Source of the DNA: Eutreptiella sp. 'Long Island Sound 2002'
Taxonomy: Eukaryota > Protista > Euglenida
Reading direction: 5' to 3'
Length of the DNA: 64,000 nt
Assembly: GCA_964036045.1 (NCBI GenBank)
Contig: OZ038379.1
Span: forward strand, 49,662,001-49,726,000
Notes under the pieces: model-generated
What the model saw: the letters and a program-made list of their open reading frames with translations, nothing else
Database searches by the model: none
Told to the model about the DNA's origin: nothing
Part shown: positions 60,130 to 64,000 of the stretch, piece by piece
How the letters are laid out: every line of letters begins with the position of its first letter
Position numbering within the stretch: position 1 is the stretch's first letter
Position numbers and translations under genes: made by a program

Positions 60130-63100
60130 TACGGCACCCCTTGGCCGTCTCTGGGCCACTGCCGCACACCAGGCACCGCTCGTGCAACTGCAGGTTGCGG
60201 TGATTTGCGCGCTCCGCCAAAACCATCATGGTGGGCACATTGCGCATGCGGTGGGCTCATGTGTGTCACTATTGGTCGCTAGTGAAGTAGTCCAGGGGCA
60301 GCTGGTAGTTGGGGCCCCACCGGCGCTCGTAGTGTACCCGCGCGGTTATCGCGGCCTGCTCTTGCAACCACTCTTGCAGGGGTGTCGGAGCCGGGTGACA
60401 GTTGTCCCGGTATTGCACCGGAGGCAAGTAGGCGTACGGGCGCCGCGCGTTGATTGTGGCCCTCGGGGAGAGGCGGTCGGGCCCAGGGTTTGTGCGCCAT
60501 GCTGGTATATACCGTCGCCACACTTTCCTCCTCTCCGGTACGTTCGGAGGGCATCCACCACTCACTCGGAGTCACGTACCGCCCGCTAGGTACCCGGTCG
60601 TGCCGCCAGCCACTTGACGCGGAGCAGCAGGGTCAGGGCTTCTCCTTCGTGGTATGATCCTATCCCCGGCGTTGTCTCGGTTGCGTACTCCTCCGCTTCC
60701 CTTGCATACGTGATCGCCATCATCATGCCCGACGGGCTGGTGCCGGCATCGATGGCCACAATGGCCCCCGGATCGTGGCTAGCGGGGGGACGTCATGGAA
60801 CCATATATTCGCTCCGTCCGGGGCTGCATGTACATGGGAGCTGCCGTCGAGGCCATATGGGGATTGAGCGTTGAGTGGACCCGGAAGTGCTCCCGTCGGT
60901 GAATATGGAGCGCAGGGCCTGAGCTGCGATGGTGGGCCCCCAAGGGTATGCAGGGCCATGTATAGGGGGCCCCGATGTGGGTGCCACGGGCACTCGTGGG
61001 TTAGGCACCGTGTGGGGTACTTGAAAAGTTCCACCGCGCTTGCCCTGCGCGCTGCTTGTTCTCCTTGGAGCCCGCTTGCCCTGCCCGCTCCTTGTCCCCT
61101 CGGGATGCCACCACACCACCCACTTGCCCTGCCCGTTGCTTGTTCTCTCGGGATGCCACCACACCACCGGCTTGCCCTGCGCGCTTTTTGTCCTCCTTAG
61201 ATTGTGATGCGTTACAAGTGGAGCGAACAAAGCCTTGACTCTTCATTTTTTTGTATGTACGATCAAAGGTGGTGGTACAACCCCAACATTGCCATCGCAT
61301 CACACGAATTGAGGAAATGAGGGAGCCATCTACATGCACGGTATTGTCTACAAGCACCCCCAACCAATCACATCCATATTCTGCTGCAAGTTCATGGCAA
61401 TGCAACGTGGTGACGGATGGGCGACCATCTTTTCCTTTCGCATTTGCCTCTTTCTTTTGTGCCTCGGGCCGGAGCTCGACCCGCGGCTCCGGCCACGGGG
61501 TGGGTGTAATTGTCAAAACCGTGTGCTGCACGCGAGCCACCCATTCCAAGTGGCGGCTATCCGGCTGGCTGCGGTGCCACGCCATTGTAGGACCCTCCGA
61601 GCTTGCGGCCTACAGCTGCGGGAGCGTTCCCGGATGGTCTTGGCCGCCGGCCCTCCGATGACCGCCGAGGTGGTTGCCGTTCGTATTGGGCCCGGCTCCC
61701 ACGTCTTGTGGACCTGCTGCCACTGGGGGACCAAGGCCTCCACCAGGGGCCGTGGCACGGCGTCGTACTGCCGGAGCCACGCCCCGACCATATCCACCGT
61801 GTGGCCCCAGGGCCCGCGTCCGGAGGTCGTTGGCACCCCGTAGTGCGCCCTCTAGGGTGTAAAAATCCCCGAGGTGGTGGTACTCTAGCGCTAGGGCTGC
61901 GGAGAAGACCATCCGGGGCACGTGGACGAGGGTTATTGCGCCATGTGCCGTGTCGTACTTTGTTACCTGCGGTGGCGGCTGCTGGGCGGGCCTGGCTGGG
62001 CCGGCCCTCATCTTGGGGGGGGGGAAGGGGTGAGAGCTATGACGGGGGACGTTCCCTGGCATTCCCAAGGGAGCCACATGGGCAGGCCCACCTAGTCCAC
62101 CGCCAATTGCATCCCCCGCAGTAGGTTGGGGCCGTGCTAGTGGTGGGTCCATTGGCCTGGGGCGATCACCACAGGGCACCCACCATGGTGGGCGTGGCAC
62201 TCCGCCAAGTAGGCTTCTTGGGCTTGCCAGAAGTGGTCCTTCACCCACACCCCTTGGCGCACCCACTCGCGGGCCACGGCCACCTGCCACGGGTGCTTTG
62301 ACCGCCGGGGCCCCATGCAGCCATCCTTCCAGGGTCACCGCAGTGTGGGCATGGTGGGATGTACTGGTGACCTGTTTCCGGCACCATACTAGCAGCGCGT
62401 CATTGGCATGCTGGACGGCTGCCGTAGGGCGGTACATGCTAGCCGCTGCGAACAGCTTCCACATGACGTTGGCTTCAAGGACCATCATGGCCGCATCGGG
62501 GGCCAGGTGTTGGGGCTTCATGTGCCGTGAGATCTCCGCCTTGATGGCCAAGATGTTGCGGGGCGCTATGGGCTTCCCTTGTAGGCTCATTTTGGTACCC
62601 ATGTGCCGAAAGGACCGGGGACGGTTAGATCTCCGTAGAGCCTCGTAGCACTCGCTCCTTGGCCTTCGGGGTGTCCGTAACCCAGATGGACCCCACGTGC
62701 GCATCCACTACATCCGGGGTGGGGGGACTACAAGGACACAGGGTCCCGGGTCGAGCGATCCTCGATTTTTTTGTCCGGAACGGAGACCCGCAGCAGCCCG
62801 TGGAAGTGGGCACGATGGTCCACCGGGGCCCCATATGTGGGCCGCTCCTCACCCGTAGCGAATATGGTGATGGTATCGTCCACCCACATCATCGTGCGGT
62901 GGTGCATCGGGGGACGGCGCACGCTTCATACGCCAAGCCCATGTACCCGACAAATGGGAGGGCCGCCGTGGCACCCACGTGCACCCCTTGTGTGGTGCCT
63001 GAGGGAATGCCCAGGTGCTGGTGCAGCATCGAGCTTTGCAAGGTCCCCAAGGGCATGGTGTACTAACACTTCTCCATGTGGGTAGAGAGGTGGTCCGCCA

Positions 63101-64000
63101 TACCTAGTTTCACGCGGTTGCCTACCACTTGGTGGACGCAATGGCGTCGAAAAACTTGGCCCCGTCGCCGATGAGGACGTCTACAATTTGCCCTTTGAGG
63201 CAGGCCATGTCAAGCGCCATGTTGACCGTCCGCACGACCTTATGGAGCGATATGCCCTTCATGCCCCCCACGAGGAAGGGCCCTCTCAGGGCGCGCTCGT
63301 ACACCTTGGAGGCCTCCACTAGCTCCCGTTTGGAGATATGTGTGGAGACCGTGATTCCAAGGATATTGGCCTCCTCCACCGTTCGACTAGGGTCTTTGAG
63401 TAGGAACATGACTCTCCCATGCTTGCTCACCCCCCGACGCGCGCGGGGTTCCCGCATGACCAAACAGAGGGTCCACTGGTCGCTGTCACTGAGGTGGCGG
63501 TACCAGGCGATGTCGATGCAGACATCGGCGTCCGGGAGGGATAGGTCCGGCCCCCGCGCCTTCCCTAGCTACACCAAGTATAAGTGTCTGGGCTGCACAC
63601 ATACTCACCCAGCGCCCGCGGGGGGGCCTTGGGGAGGAGGTGCAGGTAGGTTCGAAAGACTTGCAACCTCACCGGGTCATCCTGGATGTGGTAGCTGCGT
63701 CCTTGGAGGCGTTCCCGGCTTCGGCGCAGGGACGCCAAGGTTTCTCTTGGGTTCAGCCAGAGCTCGTTCGCCATGGGTACCTCGCTGATGTACTTTGGGG
63801 TGGGGGAGGCATTCGCCACCGCACTTCCCTCCACTACTCGGGTGTGCGGCGGAGATTTCTGGTGGCGTGGGCCCGCTGCTGGCTCCTTGCCCGGAGCTCC
63901 TGGAGGCACTGCCTCTTTTGGGCCTGCCCCCGGGCCACCACGGCCCTCTTCAGGGCGTCCTGCCCCTGTGATGCCCCTCCACTGATGGTGCACGTGTGCT
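60130..64000 (-). mobile_element. Frameshifted non-LTR retrotransposon of a second family: RT, RNase H, C-terminal zinc knuckle; continues past the window end
   Basis: FLLKDP...NILGIT, GGMKGIS, IGDGAKFFDAI, TTQG, MWVDD (62872-62889), IFTDGS (60888-60905), HEGEAL (60634-60651) and RCLVCGSGPET (~60150). Confidence 0.8.

Overview
Eukaryotic, very repeat-rich nuclear DNA with GT-AG introns, many homopolymer runs and TTAGGG-like repeats. A flagellated protist such as a euglenid is plausible, but this is an inference. Almost all ORFs in the supplied track are spurious frames over repeats. One host gene can be reconstructed on the + strand: a SHIPPO/STPG-like PGPGxY-repeat protein (probably axonemal) with five recognisable exons from 6795 to 45202, including a ~23.3 kb intron. 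The rest of the window is mostly repeats and mobile elements. These are a 47-bp hairpin satellite (1-3420), MITEs, a deleted hAT element, two diverged copies of an Academ-like DDE transposase gene, a P-like transposase remnant, a 3.4-kb foldback element and at least three families of RNase H-bearing non-LTR retrotransposons. The most unusual signals are: (i) a 20-bp perfect palindrome (CTGGCCGAAATTTCGGCCAG) that forms a ~70-bp-periodic array and also sits in the short introns of an unknown transposon-linked gene; (ii) tRNA-derived Pol III promoter modules coupled to a tandem LINE array and to two DNA transposase genes; (iii) a 2OG-Fe(II) dioxygenase domain embedded among mobile elements; and (iv) compensatory base changes in the satellite hairpin. 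All family assignments come from motif recognition by eye; no searches were run.
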